Below, one piece after another: positions 39,163-48,894 of a stretch of 64,000 nt of DNA (its first letter is position 1; each line of letters starts with the position of its first letter). The position numbers and the translations under genes were made by a program. The stretch comes from an uncultured Candidatus Saccharibacteria bacterium (GTDB lineage Bacteria > Patescibacteriota > Minisyncoccia > Phycocordibacterales > CAIRYW01), in contig CAYLQP010000002.1 in NCBI GenBank assembly GCA_964386665.1, forward strand, positions 105 through 64,104, given 5' to 3'. The notes beneath the pieces were generated by a model, which was not told where the DNA came from, did no database searches, and saw nothing but the letters and a program-made list of their open reading frames with translations.

Positions 39163-39936
39163 TCAATATCTGTTTTTTTTTCCGCTTGTTTCTACTTCTT
39201 GTTTCTTGTCTTTCATTTCAAGTGCAAGTTGTTTGAGGGTTGCATTTGTGTAGTCTATATTTTTCTTTTCTTGTTCATTTGGTGCATTACAAACGGATGC
39301 TGGTTTTCCAAACTCCTGAACTGCAAGATAAACCATATCACCTTCAAAGAGACCTTTTTTTACCGCCACTCCAATCTCAGTAAACTGTTTACCGAGTATA
39401 TTGGCACGGTGTCCAGGACTATCCATCCAAGCCTTTACGAGCTCTTTGTCATCTTCAAATACCCCAAGAGCAAGATTCTCTCCTGTTGTAAGATATGCGT
39501 ATCCTGCTCCTGTTACAAAATCAGCTGGTGCTTTACCCTGTGGAGACACGTGTTCGAAATACTGATACTTAAACATATCGTCAACTTTCGCGAGAGCCGC
39601 TTTTGCAAGGGTTTGATTATAAACAAGTGGTGGTATGTTTTGTTGTACACGTTCATTGTTGGTTTCTTCAAACACCCCTGATGCCGAAAGCACTCCATTA
39701 GTGGAAGCATCTTGTTTTGGTTTTACAACAAGAGGAATACTCTCGGTTACCTTTTTTAAATCTTCAAATAGACGATCAACATCTTTTATCTCAATATCAA
39801 GTGTCTTCATATGCGAAACACCACTTGATAGATTTTCAACTTGCTCAAACAAAAAGTCTCGGCTATCTTTTCGCAAGACAACCAAGACTATTAGTAGCAT
39901 CAAGATTCCTAAAAAAAATTTAAAAATCCGAAACAT
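39163..39936 (-). CDS. CAP/SCP (PR-1-like, YkwD-type) domain protein, membrane-anchored
   Basis: N-terminal TM helix. The C-terminal YFEHVSPQG...GENLA...AWMDSPGHRANIL segment carries CAP signature motifs. Confidence 0.75.
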   Translation of the reverse strand: MFRIFKFFLGILMLLIVLVVLRKDSRDFLFEQVENLSSGVSHMKTLDIEIKDVDRLFEDLKKVTESIPLVVKPKQDASTNGVLSASGVFEETNNERVQQNIPPLVYNQTLAKAALAKVDDMFKYQYFEHVSPQGKAPADFVTGAGYAYLTTGENLALGVFEDDKELVKAWMDSPGHRANILGKQFTEIGVAVKKGLFEGDMVYLAVQEFGKPASVCNAPNEQEKKNIDYTNATLKQLALEMKDKKQEVETSGKKNRY

Positions 39937-39942
39937 TGTTAT

Positions 39943-40344
39943 TTATTTCTTTGGTGCACTTTTCTTAACTGCAACTTTTTTTGGTGATGTGCCTTTTGCT
40001 TTCTTTTGCATTACTTTCCAGTATGATCGGAGTTCCTTTGCAAGCACGTCTACTTCATCACCATATTTATCTTTCATTTTGTAATACTTACCCATCACAG
40101 CATCGATTGCTCCTGTGTACTTGTCTTCAGTCAAATCTTTGATTGCTTCGATTTTTTCAAGCGCTTCACCTTTTGCTTTAACCATCCATCCTTTTACCGC
40201 CTTTCGTTTTTGTTCACCTGCTTTTGTTCCGTATAAGAAGTATGCTCCTGCAATTGCTCCAAGTCCTGCAACCACTGCTCCTCCTACCGCTAAACCTTTC
40301 TTAAGTCCATTTGCTTTTGTTGTTGTGCTTTTTTTTGTTGCCAT
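39943..40344 (-). CDS. YtxH-like protein
   Basis: GLAVGGAVVAGLGAIAGAYFLYGTKAGEQKR resembles the YtxH N-terminus. The protein is Lys-rich and helical. Confidence 0.5.
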   Translation of the reverse strand: MATKKSTTTKANGLKKGLAVGGAVVAGLGAIAGAYFLYGTKAGEQKRKAVKGWMVKAKGEALEKIEAIKDLTEDKYTGAIDAVMGKYYKMKDKYGDEVDVLAKELRSYWKVMQKKAKGTSPKKVAVKKSAPKK

Positions 40345-40387
40345 ATTTTTTTATTATTTATAAATCTCTCGGTTTTTTCTTTGACTC

Positions 40388-40642
40388 TCATTTTTTATGA
40401 TTGCCAAACAATAAAGATACGATACCAGAAAGTGACGTACCCTTTTCTTTGATCGTCTCTCTCATTTCCCGAGCATCTTGAAGAAACTCAACGCTTTCTT
40501 CTTTTATTTTCTTTGAAACGTATTTAACATCAGACATAATTCTGATAGCATACGTAATCGCTACTACAACAAACAGAGCCACTACTACCACTACTATTGT
40601 CGTAACAAAAAAGAAAATATCTGATTTTAAAATTCCTTCCAT
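40388..40642 (-). CDS. DUF948 (YtxG-like) small membrane protein
   Basis: 84 aa with an N-terminal TM helix and a helical tail. Its position upstream of the YtxH-like gene mirrors the ytxG-ytxH arrangement. Confidence 0.45.
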   Translation of the reverse strand: MEGILKSDIFFFVTTIVVVVVALFVVVAITYAIRIMSDVKYVSKKIKEESVEFLQDAREMRETIKEKGTSLSGIVSLLFGNHKK

Positions 40643-40671
40643 ACCTTCTATTATACTCGAAGAGTGCTAAA

Positions 40672-41142
40672 TTATTCAAATAGAATGGGGATATCAAATT
40701 GAAGAGGAAATCCATCTCCAGAGACGTCTTCCCGCTCAAAGATAAGAAACCCGCTCTTTGTATCTGGTTTTACAAACGAAAGACTTCCCTCAAAAGGCAC
40801 CAATTCTTCTGTCATAGAGTCTTTTGATGCAAGGACAATTCCCGAACTTATCACATTTCGGTATTGATCAGTAAGAACAACATTAAACTGCCCTTCAAAA
40901 AACCACACACCACTTGCCTGTCCTTCGATCACTACCGGAGACAACACAAGATTGTTTGAGATAGGTGATTCAATAACAATTTTTGGAAGATTTTTGTGTC
41001 CCTTTTTAAACGCACCTGCTAATTCGCTGAAGGGATTTTTTTCACCTCGTTCAATCCATACGTCATACGTCACAACACACACAGAAACAATTGCTGCAAC
41101 AATCACCATATGTTCAAATATATTTTTAAATTTAGTTTTCAT
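40672..41142 (-). CDS. Membrane-anchored Gmad2-like Ig-domain protein (tentative)
   Basis: N-terminal TM helix and a beta-rich C-terminal domain (VVIEGQASGVWFFEGQFNVVLTD). Confidence 0.4.
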   Translation of the reverse strand: MKTKFKNIFEHMVIVAAIVSVCVVTYDVWIERGEKNPFSELAGAFKKGHKNLPKIVIESPISNNLVLSPVVIEGQASGVWFFEGQFNVVLTDQYRNVISSGIVLASKDSMTEELVPFEGSLSFVKPDTKSGFLIFEREDVSGDGFPLQFDIPILFE

Positions 41143-41662
41143 CTATTACTTTCTGTCTTATCATCACAATCACCTCTTCGATCGGATGTTGCGATGTATC
41201 AATCACCAAATCAAATACTTCATCTCGAGTTTCGTAATCAAAATCAAGATTATAATAATTTTTAAACCGCTCTCGAATCGCCTGCTCACGCGATACGGTT
41301 TCTTCTTTTACTTGATCAAGTGACTTGTTTTCTCGCTTCATAATTCGTACAAGCCGGACTTCATCAGGACAAATAAGTTTCACTTTAAAAGAGTCTGGTA
41401 CGTTAAACCATCCCAACCTTGCTTCAATAACGCAGTTTGAGTGAGTCTGTCCAAATTGCTTTAAATGCTCGTCTCGGAGCAAATCATATTTCTTGTCTTT
41501 TTTTGACAACTCTTCAAGCTCATTTAACGTAATCCCGAGTTCAGAAGCAGTTAAACGTCCCATATCTCCACCTGAAGCAAAAGGATACCCAAGAACAACC
41601 GCAAGTTCTTTCCCTGTACTTGAAGTTCCTGTTCCTGCGAGCCCAAATATTGTGATTTTCAT
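41132..41662 (-). CDS. Cytidylate kinase-like family P-loop kinase
   Basis: MKITIFGLAGTGTSSTGKELA is a P-loop resembling archaeal-type CMP kinase-like proteins. I trimmed the start to this Met. Confidence 0.6.
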   Translation of the reverse strand: MKITIFGLAGTGTSSTGKELAVVLGYPFASGGDMGRLTASELGITLNELEELSKKDKKYDLLRDEHLKQFGQTHSNCVIEARLGWFNVPDSFKVKLICPDEVRLVRIMKRENKSLDQVKEETVSREQAIRERFKNYYNLDFDYETRDEVFDLVIDTSQHPIEEVIVMIRQKVIDEN

Positions 41663-41690
41663 AGCTATGATTGTAGTATGAAGGAAGAAT

Positions 41691-41733
41691 AAAAACAACC
41701 ACCGCGGCCTTCGGCCGCGGTGGTTGTTTTTTT
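41691..41733. terminator. Intrinsic terminator after the 41738-42745 gene
   Basis: AACCACCGCGGCCttcgGCCGCGGTGGTT followed by a T-run, with a UUCG tetraloop. Confidence 0.85.
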
Positions 41734-41737
41734 CAAA

Positions 41738-42745
41738 TTAATGATCAAAAGAATCTTCCAAATTCTCACCATTTATATATATCTCCACATCATCTACCGT
41801 TGAGAACTGTAAGGCAGTTTGTTTTAATTGAACATACACTGTGTACTTAGAACAGTACCCCGAAGAAGTCGCGTCCCACTCTTTTCCTAAAAGTTTTATA
41901 GTTGCCACACCTTTTTTAATAAATATATCCTCTATTTTTAAATTATATTTACTTACAGGATTAAGTAATGCTGATTCATCTTGTGGTTTAGGTTCAATCA
42001 GTATTTTTATAATATCTCTCAGTGGTGAAATAGAACTTACATTATAAGAAAGGCCTACAAATTCATTTCCACACTCACTTGAGGTGTTATCTAAAGAGTC
42101 AACAAAAAATGCTTTTGCACTTGTTTTATTTGAATCAAAAGAAGTAGTAACCTCAAAACTTACCTTATTACTCTTCTTTCCGAACGGACTTGTATACAAC
42201 TTATACATACCAGGAGTAATATTTAGATAACTTGTACAAGGGTTTCCTGAATAACTATTATTTTGTTTACAAGCTCTTTCTGGAATCTTCACTACAATTT
42301 GATCTGTCTTAAGTTGACCTGAATACATTCCAGGAAGATATCCAACCTCTCCCGCACTATTTTCTATCCATGCATCAAGATCACCTTCGAAACCAGCAAG
42401 GTCAACTCCCTTTAAGGTAACAACTGTACCAATTGATCCCGATGACTTATCAATCGATTTAATAAAGGGAGATATATTAAGTTTCGCGCTATTATCTACA
42501 GGATTTGACGACATTCTTGCAATCACATTACTCATTAAGTTAGTAATGATAGTCAAAAAACTTCGCTCCTGCTGCGCTGTAATTTTGTTTTGATTCCGTA
42601 AAACAGGAATTTGAGCACTCAAATTACTCAGCGTACTTAAAATAGATTGATATTGAGCTTGCTCAATATTAGATGAACCTACCGCAAACACGCTCGACGA
42701 AACAAAAAACAAACCAAACAAAACTCCTAGAATTATTTTTTTCAT
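41738..42745 (-). CDS. Secreted protein with C-terminal GerMN-like domain (tentative)
   Basis: Signal peptide MKKIILGVLFGLFFVSSSVFA. The C-terminal beta-rich region (IKILIEPKPQD...TIKLLGKEWDATSSGYC...VEIYINGENL) has a GerMN-like pattern. Confidence 0.45.
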   Translation of the reverse strand: MKKIILGVLFGLFFVSSSVFAVGSSNIEQAQYQSILSTLSNLSAQIPVLRNQNKITAQQERSFLTIITNLMSNVIARMSSNPVDNSAKLNISPFIKSIDKSSGSIGTVVTLKGVDLAGFEGDLDAWIENSAGEVGYLPGMYSGQLKTDQIVVKIPERACKQNNSYSGNPCTSYLNITPGMYKLYTSPFGKKSNKVSFEVTTSFDSNKTSAKAFFVDSLDNTSSECGNEFVGLSYNVSSISPLRDIIKILIEPKPQDESALLNPVSKYNLKIEDIFIKKGVATIKLLGKEWDATSSGYCSKYTVYVQLKQTALQFSTVDDVEIYINGENLEDSFDH

Positions 42746-42883
42746 ATTTTTTTAAATTAATATACCCTTTATATTAACATAAATACCCCCCCTCCATAAA
42801 CCAGTTATACACACTACTTGTCTAGGTTAGCTTTTTATCAGATATTGGCAATTTAATTCTATATTCTATAACCCTCTCACACC

Positions 42884-44641
42884 TTACTCAATGAATCCTC
42901 TATTTTGGTGATTCCAGAAGTTGAAGTAAGTTCCCTTCTTCGCAAGCAATTCTTTGTGATTTCCTTCTTCGATAATCTCTCCTTTTTCAAGCACAATGAT
43001 TCTATCCATCTTCTCAATAGTTGAAAGTCGGTGCGCGATTACAATGGTTGTTTTACCCTGCATAAGTCGGTCTAGTGCTTCCTTGATATGTGTTTCTGAA
43101 ACTGAGTCTAGGGAACTCGTAGCCTCATCAAGGATAAGTACTGGAGCGTTTTTAAGTATCGCTCGCGCAATAGCTACTCTCTGACGCTCTCCTCCCGAAA
43201 GTTTTATTCCTCGCTCCCCGACAAGCGTATCGTATCCATATTCAAGACCTGAAATAAACTCGTGACAATGAGCTTCTTTTGAAGCCTCAATTATCTCTTC
43301 CTCTGTTGCATCTGGTTTACCGTACGCGATATTTTCTCGGAGTGTCCGGTGAAAAAGAATTGGGTCTTGTGGCACATACGAGACAACTGACCGCAAATCA
43401 TCTTGGGTGATGTTTCGAATATCTTGACCATCAATAGTAATACTTCCACCCGTCACATCAGCAAAACGAAGAAGAAGTTTTGTAATTGTGGTCTTTCCAG
43501 CTCCTGAAGTACCAATGATACCGACTTTTTCTCCAGAACTAATTTTGAGTTCCAAATCTTTAAAAATAGGTTTTCCGCTTTTGTAAGCAAAAGAAGTTTT
43601 GTTAAACTTAATTTCACCTTTTAATATATTTAACTTTTCAGGAGACTGCGGATCGGTTATTTCAATACTTTCGTTTAGTATATCTGTGAATTCTTTTGCA
43701 TTTGTGTATGCATCTGTAAAACGCCTGATAGCGCTCCCTAGACCACCTAATCTATTGAATAAGGTAGTTGCATAAGAAATTGTAAGTACAATGGTTCCCG
43801 TAGTGATGAGCTCTTGATTCCAAAGCCACACACTCAAAAATATAAGAGAGCTTTGAGCCAAAATTGATACAGTGGCTTGCACAGTATAAGTTTTGTTCGC
43901 ATAGCCCCAATTCCTTATTCGAATTGTGTGATCTTCAGTCAAGAGATTGTGGAAGTTCTTTTCTTCCTGTGTCTGAGAAGAAAAGAGTTTGAGATTAATT
44001 ACATTACTTACAATATCAGAAAGCACACCGGTAACTTTTGAATCCATTCTACTTGACTCACGCTCAAGAGGAATACGCTTTATCGTCGCATAAAGCATAA
44101 CAGAAAAAAATACAATAAACCAAAACAACGCCACGAGACCTAAAAAAATGTTGTTTATAAAAAACAAAACCAATATACCGATAACATTTAAGAATGCGAA
44201 CAAAAAATCTCTGACAATAAAACTAAATAGATCGTCAACAGATCTTACAAATCTTTTGAACTTCGTTACAAGAGAACCTGCGAAATTATTCGTGAAAAAC
44301 TGATATGAATGACTCGACAAAAGCCTTAGCCCATAATCACCATTTTTTACATACGCTTTTGAAATTAATTTTGAATCAAAATATTCAAAACCTCGATAGA
44401 ATAAGACTTGAAGCAATCCTAAACCAAAAATTGAAAGTAAAATACCTACAATAATTTCGTAAGAACTGCCAGTGGTGATTGCGTCTATCAGATTTTTATA
44501 GAAGTTCGGTAAGATAATACCACCAACAACAACCCCTAGTCCAAAAATACAAGCCACAAACAAAAAAGCAACAGAGTGTTTTTTGCCTAAAGCCTTTTTA
44601 TAATGCCCAAAAACGGACATTTGTTTTTGTTCTTTTTTCAT
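42884..44641 (-). CDS. ABC exporter, fused permease/ATPase (MsbA/LmrA-like)
   Basis: Six N-terminal TM helices. Walker A (GIIGTSGAGKTT), signature (LSGGERQRVAIARA) and Walker B (ILDEATSSLD). Confidence 0.88.
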   Translation of the reverse strand: MKKEQKQMSVFGHYKKALGKKHSVAFLFVACIFGLGVVVGGIILPNFYKNLIDAITTGSSYEIIVGILLSIFGLGLLQVLFYRGFEYFDSKLISKAYVKNGDYGLRLLSSHSYQFFTNNFAGSLVTKFKRFVRSVDDLFSFIVRDFLFAFLNVIGILVLFFINNIFLGLVALFWFIVFFSVMLYATIKRIPLERESSRMDSKVTGVLSDIVSNVINLKLFSSQTQEEKNFHNLLTEDHTIRIRNWGYANKTYTVQATVSILAQSSLIFLSVWLWNQELITTGTIVLTISYATTLFNRLGGLGSAIRRFTDAYTNAKEFTDILNESIEITDPQSPEKLNILKGEIKFNKTSFAYKSGKPIFKDLELKISSGEKVGIIGTSGAGKTTITKLLLRFADVTGGSITIDGQDIRNITQDDLRSVVSYVPQDPILFHRTLRENIAYGKPDATEEEIIEASKEAHCHEFISGLEYGYDTLVGERGIKLSGGERQRVAIARAILKNAPVLILDEATSSLDSVSETHIKEALDRLMQGKTTIVIAHRLSTIEKMDRIIVLEKGEIIEEGNHKELLAKKGTYFNFWNHQNRGFIE

Positions 44642-44656
44642 TTTCTTTATTATAAC

Positions 44657-46168
44657 TTAGTCTTTAATTTCTTCGAGGAGATCTCCAAGGTCTTTGTAAC
44701 GAGGATGTACTTCTTGCTTATGAAGTACCCAGAACACACTCGGATTGAAGTTTTCGATAAACTCATAGTCGTGACTTACAAGGAGTATTGTACTTTTAGA
44801 ATTTTTGCAGGCCATAAGAAGGATTTCCCAAGTCACTTCATCGAGATGGTTTGTTGGTTCATCAAAGATAATCACATCACTCTTCCGTCCAAACACAATC
44901 CCAAACCGCACTCGCATTCGCTCCCCTCCAGAGAGACTCTGGATTGGTACGGACATTTTTTCACTATTAAACCTCATACTTCCGAGCACACTTCGCGCCG
45001 TTTCGTCATCACAATGGAGTGCGTCCACTACTGCTTCAACAGGAGTTTTGCTCTCATCGAAATGCGCGTGCTGGTCAAAGTATGAAAACGTGATTCCTGG
45101 CGTCCAAGCCACTTCACCTTTGGTCAATTTCCATTCTTCGATCAAACATTTAAGAAAGGTACTTTTACCAGAACCATTTCGTCCAAGGAGTACAATATGC
45201 CCACCGGTACGAATCTCAAGATGCACGTTTCTAAATATATCTGTTTTGCTTCCTTCATAGTGGTATCCTGCATCTTTCATTTTCCAAAGAAGCTTTCCTC
45301 CGTGGAGACCATCACCCTTTTGATGAATTCTGATTTTGGTCTTTTTGTCTTCTGGTCGGTCAGACTCTTTGTGCTTTGTTTTGAGTTCATTTAACTCTTC
45401 CATCTTACGTTTGTAGGCAGAGATTTCTTTTCCTCGAAACGCTTTTTGGCGAAGAATCACCACCGTTGCTTCAAGTTGTCTGATCCGCTTACTTTCAGCA
45501 TCATACTGTCGTTGCAGTCCACCGATTCGCTCCATCTTACTTTGAATATAATCTTCATATCCTCCTTCTGATAAGTGCATCACTCCTCCCGCAACTTCAG
45601 CAACCTTGGTCGCAAGCGCGTCGATAAACAACCGATCGTGAGAAATAAAGATAATGCTTCCTCGATACTCTTGGAGCATTTCAATAAGGACCATTCGACT
45701 CACAATATCAATATGGTTTTCAGGTTCATCAAGAAGAATAAAGTCAGGGTTCGTCGCAATCACCACCGAGAGAGCCAGAAGCTTTTGTTGTCCTCCCGAA
45801 AGCGAGCCACACGTTCGGTCCATAATACGAGAAATATCAAGTCCAAGCTTCTTTGCAATATCATCAACTCTTTTTGCAACAGTCACTCCTGCCTTCTTGA
45901 TCATATAGTCAGAAACCGTCGTCTCAAATTCTTTGTTTTCAAACTCTTGAGGAACGTATGCGATCCGCATATGAGTACTCTTGTCGATATTCCCCTCAAA
46001 AGAATCAATATCTCCTGCAATAATCTTGAGAAGCGTTGACTTACCACATCCGTTTTCTCCCAAGATACACAGTCGCTCTCCTTCTGTACACTTAAACGAC
46101 ACCCCTTTGAGAAGTGGTTTTTCAGTGTAAGAAAAGACGATGTTTTTAATTGTAATTGTTTTTTGCAT
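44657..46168 (-). CDS. ABC-F family ATPase (tandem NBDs, no TM domain)
   Basis: Two Walker A motifs (GENGCGKST; GRNGSGKST), two signature motifs (LSGGQQ; LSGGER) and a coiled linker. Confidence 0.88.
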   Translation of the reverse strand: MQKTITIKNIVFSYTEKPLLKGVSFKCTEGERLCILGENGCGKSTLLKIIAGDIDSFEGNIDKSTHMRIAYVPQEFENKEFETTVSDYMIKKAGVTVAKRVDDIAKKLGLDISRIMDRTCGSLSGGQQKLLALSVVIATNPDFILLDEPENHIDIVSRMVLIEMLQEYRGSIIFISHDRLFIDALATKVAEVAGGVMHLSEGGYEDYIQSKMERIGGLQRQYDAESKRIRQLEATVVILRQKAFRGKEISAYKRKMEELNELKTKHKESDRPEDKKTKIRIHQKGDGLHGGKLLWKMKDAGYHYEGSKTDIFRNVHLEIRTGGHIVLLGRNGSGKSTFLKCLIEEWKLTKGEVAWTPGITFSYFDQHAHFDESKTPVEAVVDALHCDDETARSVLGSMRFNSEKMSVPIQSLSGGERMRVRFGIVFGRKSDVIIFDEPTNHLDEVTWEILLMACKNSKSTILLVSHDYEFIENFNPSVFWVLHKQEVHPRYKDLGDLLEEIKD

Positions 46169-46230
46169 TTTATTGTTTTTCTTTTACAGAAAGGGGTTGG
46201 ACCCCTTTCTGAATTGTTTTTTTTGTATTT

Positions 46231-47031
46231 TTACTTATTTAAGTGTTTCTTTACTTCCTTCAAAATTTCTTGGTGAGTGACTCGATTAGACATAACCACT
46301 CCTTTAAAAGGTTTGAGGTATGAGAGTTTTGATCCATCAAGTGCAGTTATCTTACCGCCAGCTTCTTCAACAATAACTTCTAAGGCACATACATCATGAT
46401 TATTAACACCAGGTTCTGTGTGTCCAACAATTTTACCAGAAACCAAAAGATTTGCTTTATATACCACACCACTTATCGAGAATATACGTGCACCTTTAGA
46501 TTTAATACTTTGTAAAAAACTAGAAAATGGTTCTGTCATACACTTTGATAAACTTCCTGATCCTGCAAATACCCCATTTTTTAAGTTTTTTTGAGACACT
46601 CTTAGACGCTTGTTATTTAAAAAACTTCCGCTTCCTTTTATACCTTTAAATAGTTTATTTAAAAATGGATCAAATATTACACCCAAAACAGGTACTCCAT
46701 CTATCACAAGTCCAAGTGAAAACATCGCAGTTGGACAACCATACACAAATGCCGCTGTCCCATCGATTGGGTCACAAAACCACTTTCGCCCCATTCCAAA
46801 AGAACCAGAACTTTCTTCTTCTCCAATCACATCATCGAGAGGAAAAGCTTTTTTCAATTCTTTAATAACCATAGTGTTAATCTTTTTGTCGGCAACTGTT
46901 ACAAAAGATTTATCTTCTTTTGTTTCAACTTTTTGATCTCGATCGAAGTAATACAACATTACCTCTCCTGCTTTCCGAGCAATCATTTCTGCAACTTCTA
47001 TTTCTTTTTTAAAATTTTGTTTTTTTGTCAT
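46231..47031 (-). CDS. Inositol monophosphatase family protein
   Basis: DPIDGTAAFV motif and metal-binding acidic residues. Confidence 0.85.
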   Translation of the reverse strand: MTKKQNFKKEIEVAEMIARKAGEVMLYYFDRDQKVETKEDKSFVTVADKKINTMVIKELKKAFPLDDVIGEEESSGSFGMGRKWFCDPIDGTAAFVYGCPTAMFSLGLVIDGVPVLGVIFDPFLNKLFKGIKGSGSFLNNKRLRVSQKNLKNGVFAGSGSLSKCMTEPFSSFLQSIKSKGARIFSISGVVYKANLLVSGKIVGHTEPGVNNHDVCALEVIVEEAGGKITALDGSKLSYLKPFKGVVMSNRVTHQEILKEVKKHLNK

Positions 47032-47037
47032 TAATCT

Positions 47038-47673
47038 TTATTGTCTTATAAGCACTGCTCGGGCAAGTCCTCCATCACATCCGACAATCTTGAGAGGAAA
47101 CGCAGACAAGATATATTCACCTCCCTCTACTTCTTTTAAATCAACTCCTTCAAGAATAGGAATGTTTCGAGAAAGAAATTCCAAGTGCGGTCGGTTGTCG
47201 CTACTTCCCTTTTGTTTGATAGAAAGAAAGTCGATGCCAACAAGTGATACTTTTTTTGACGCCACGTATTCGCTCGCTTCTCCGGACAAAAAGACAAAAT
47301 CGTTTCGAAACGTCTCAAACCCCACAAGAGAATTCTTTGTCTTGAAGAGCACTCGATCTCCTTCTTCGATTTGTTTGCTTTGTACAAAGGCAAGTGAAAC
47401 TGACCCTTCTTCTCCTGTCGCATCAAACACCTTACAAGGACCAAAGAAAGCAGAGAGCGGGAGCGTATCTATCGAAGCGCCCGCAGGAATACAGTGACTT
47501 GGCGCATCAATATGTGTCCCTGTATGACTCCCAAGAGTGAGTCGAGAGACATTAGAACTTCCCCCACAATCAATATCCTGAACTCGCGACACCTCCACCT
47601 CGGGATTGCCCGGATACACCATCATTCCTGTATAGAGTGGGATAGAAATATCAATGATCTCTTTGGCGTTCAT
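47038..47673 (-). CDS. Cyclase family protein (kynurenine formamidase-like)
   Basis: HTGTHIDAPSH motif. Confidence 0.8.
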   Translation of the reverse strand: MNAKEIIDISIPLYTGMMVYPGNPEVEVSRVQDIDCGGSSNVSRLTLGSHTGTHIDAPSHCIPAGASIDTLPLSAFFGPCKVFDATGEEGSVSLAFVQSKQIEEGDRVLFKTKNSLVGFETFRNDFVFLSGEASEYVASKKVSLVGIDFLSIKQKGSSDNRPHLEFLSRNIPILEGVDLKEVEGGEYILSAFPLKIVGCDGGLARAVLIRQ

Positions 47674-47831
47674 ATTGTAACAATATACTCTAAAACGGCC
47701 TTAATAGAAAGCATTTCCTTTTTATCCCAAATCTGCTATATTTTGTAGGTCAAAAGGGGTATATATTTAGCTTCAGCTCTCTCTGCCAAGACAAATACAA
47801 GCTGAAACCCATTTGATACAATGTAACAATT

Positions 47832-47903
47832 GGCCCTATCGTCTAACGGTTAGGACGAAGCGTTCTCAATGCTTAAATCAGAGTTCGATTCTCTGTAGGG
47901 TCA
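47832..47903 (+). tRNA. tRNA-Glu(CUC)
   Basis: Hand-folded. The acceptor is GGCCCUA/UAGGGUC (one G-U). The D-arm is GUC-UAACGGUUAG-GAC. The anticodon arm is AAGCG-UUCUCAA-UGCUU. The T-arm is CAGAG-UUCGAUU-CUCUG. The discriminator is A. Confidence 0.8.
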
Positions 47904-47934
47904 CAATAGAGAGAGCTAGTTCGAGCACTCGAGA
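47901..47934 (+). repeat. 34-bp direct repeat, copy 1 (begins in the last 3 nt of tRNA-Glu)
   Basis: TCACAATAGAGAGAGCTAGTTCGAGCACTCGAGA, identical to 48854-48887. Confidence 0.9.
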
Positions 47935-47952
47935 GGGGTCGAAAGACTCTTG

Positions 47953-47983
47953 TAAAAATACACCTTTAATTAGGTGTATTTTT
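47953..47983 (+). terminator. Hairpin plus T-run after tRNA-Glu (also a perfect DNA palindrome)
   Basis: AAAATACACCtttaattagGGTGTATTTTTG. Arms of 10 bp around a TTAATT centre. Confidence 0.6.
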
Positions 47984-47998
47984 GTATATAATAAGAGT

Positions 47999-48760
47999 AT
48001 GGATTTAGTAACAGCAGGCACAATTACATATTTAGGAAAACAACTTCTAGGCAAAACCTTTGATGTTATAAGTTCTGACATTGCAGATTTATATAAATCG
48101 GGCAGAGATAGAATTATTGAAAAATCAACAAAAAAGATTTCTAACCTAGACGATGGAAAAACAGCAAATCTTCGAGTGGCACGAGATGTTTTTTGGAATG
48201 GGTCTTTTACTGACGATGCTATTTGTGCTGAGTATTTTGGAGGTATCCTGGCTTCATCTAGGAGTGTCGATGGGAAAGATGATAGTGGAGTGTATTATGT
48301 TGATTTAATTAAATCTTTGTCATCAAGCCAATTATCACTGCATTACTTAATATATTTCTGCCTTAATCAAACATTTATAAAAAAAAGCGAAAAGAAATCT
48401 TTGAATGTAGGGCAAGAGAGCGAACTTCAAAGAGAAAAAATATTTATCTCTTTGAATGAGTTGAGTAGTATATTAAAATCAGATTTAGGTCGCGACCTGC
48501 ACGCATTGCATGCAAAAGGCTTGATTGGAGAATTCCAGACTGGTCATCACGATCTTAAAAACGGAGATAAAATTCCAAATTTGAGAGTTGCCCCCAAAAC
48601 ACTAGGTGTCCAACTTTTTGCTGTAGCTCATAACAAAATTGACGAGTGGCGTAATTTTCCAACCTTTGAATTTAGTAAGTTTGAAGAACTAGGAGTTCCA
48701 AATTTTTACGGATCAAACATAACTGAGTTATTAGAAAAAGCTGGTATTAAAGACGAATAG
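47999..48760 (+). CDS. Hypothetical protein (island gene A)
   Basis: 253 aa from MDLVTAGTITYLGKQ. The track ORF from 47813 reads through the tRNA and the repeat, so I trimmed it. No recognisable motif. Confidence 0.55.
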   Translation: MDLVTAGTITYLGKQLLGKTFDVISSDIADLYKSGRDRIIEKSTKKISNLDDGKTANLRVARDVFWNGSFTDDAICAEYFGGILASSRSVDGKDDSGVYYVDLIKSLSSSQLSLHYLIYFCLNQTFIKKSEKKSLNVGQESELQREKIFISLNELSSILKSDLGRDLHALHAKGLIGEFQTGHHDLKNGDKIPNLRVAPKTLGVQLFAVAHNKIDEWRNFPTFEFSKFEELGVPNFYGSNITELLEKAGIKDE

Positions 48761-48853
48761 TATCTACTCGAGAGAGGTCGTTCTTATTATTTTAACGATA
48801 GCTAAATAAGTTTTACCTCGTAATGAAATCATTGGGTTCTATCTCGAGAAAGT

Positions 48854-48887
48854 TCACAATAGAGAGAGCTAGTTCGAGCACTCGAGA
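48854..48887 (+). repeat. 34-bp direct repeat, copy 2
   Basis: Identical to 47901-47934. It ends 8 nt before the ATG of island gene B. Confidence 0.9.
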
Positions 48888-48894
48888 AGGATAT

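Noticed and set aside
47813-48000. N-terminal 62 aa of track ORF 47813-48760, and likewise 48823-48894 of the next ORF
   Set aside because: These extensions read through tRNA-Glu and the 34-bp repeats. I moved the starts to the first Met after those elements.
47901-48887. Possible CRISPR array (two copies of a 34-bp repeat)
   Set aside because: There are only two copies, separated by a spacer of about 920 bp that contains a full gene. That is not a CRISPR architecture. No other short-period repeat arrays were seen anywhere in the window.
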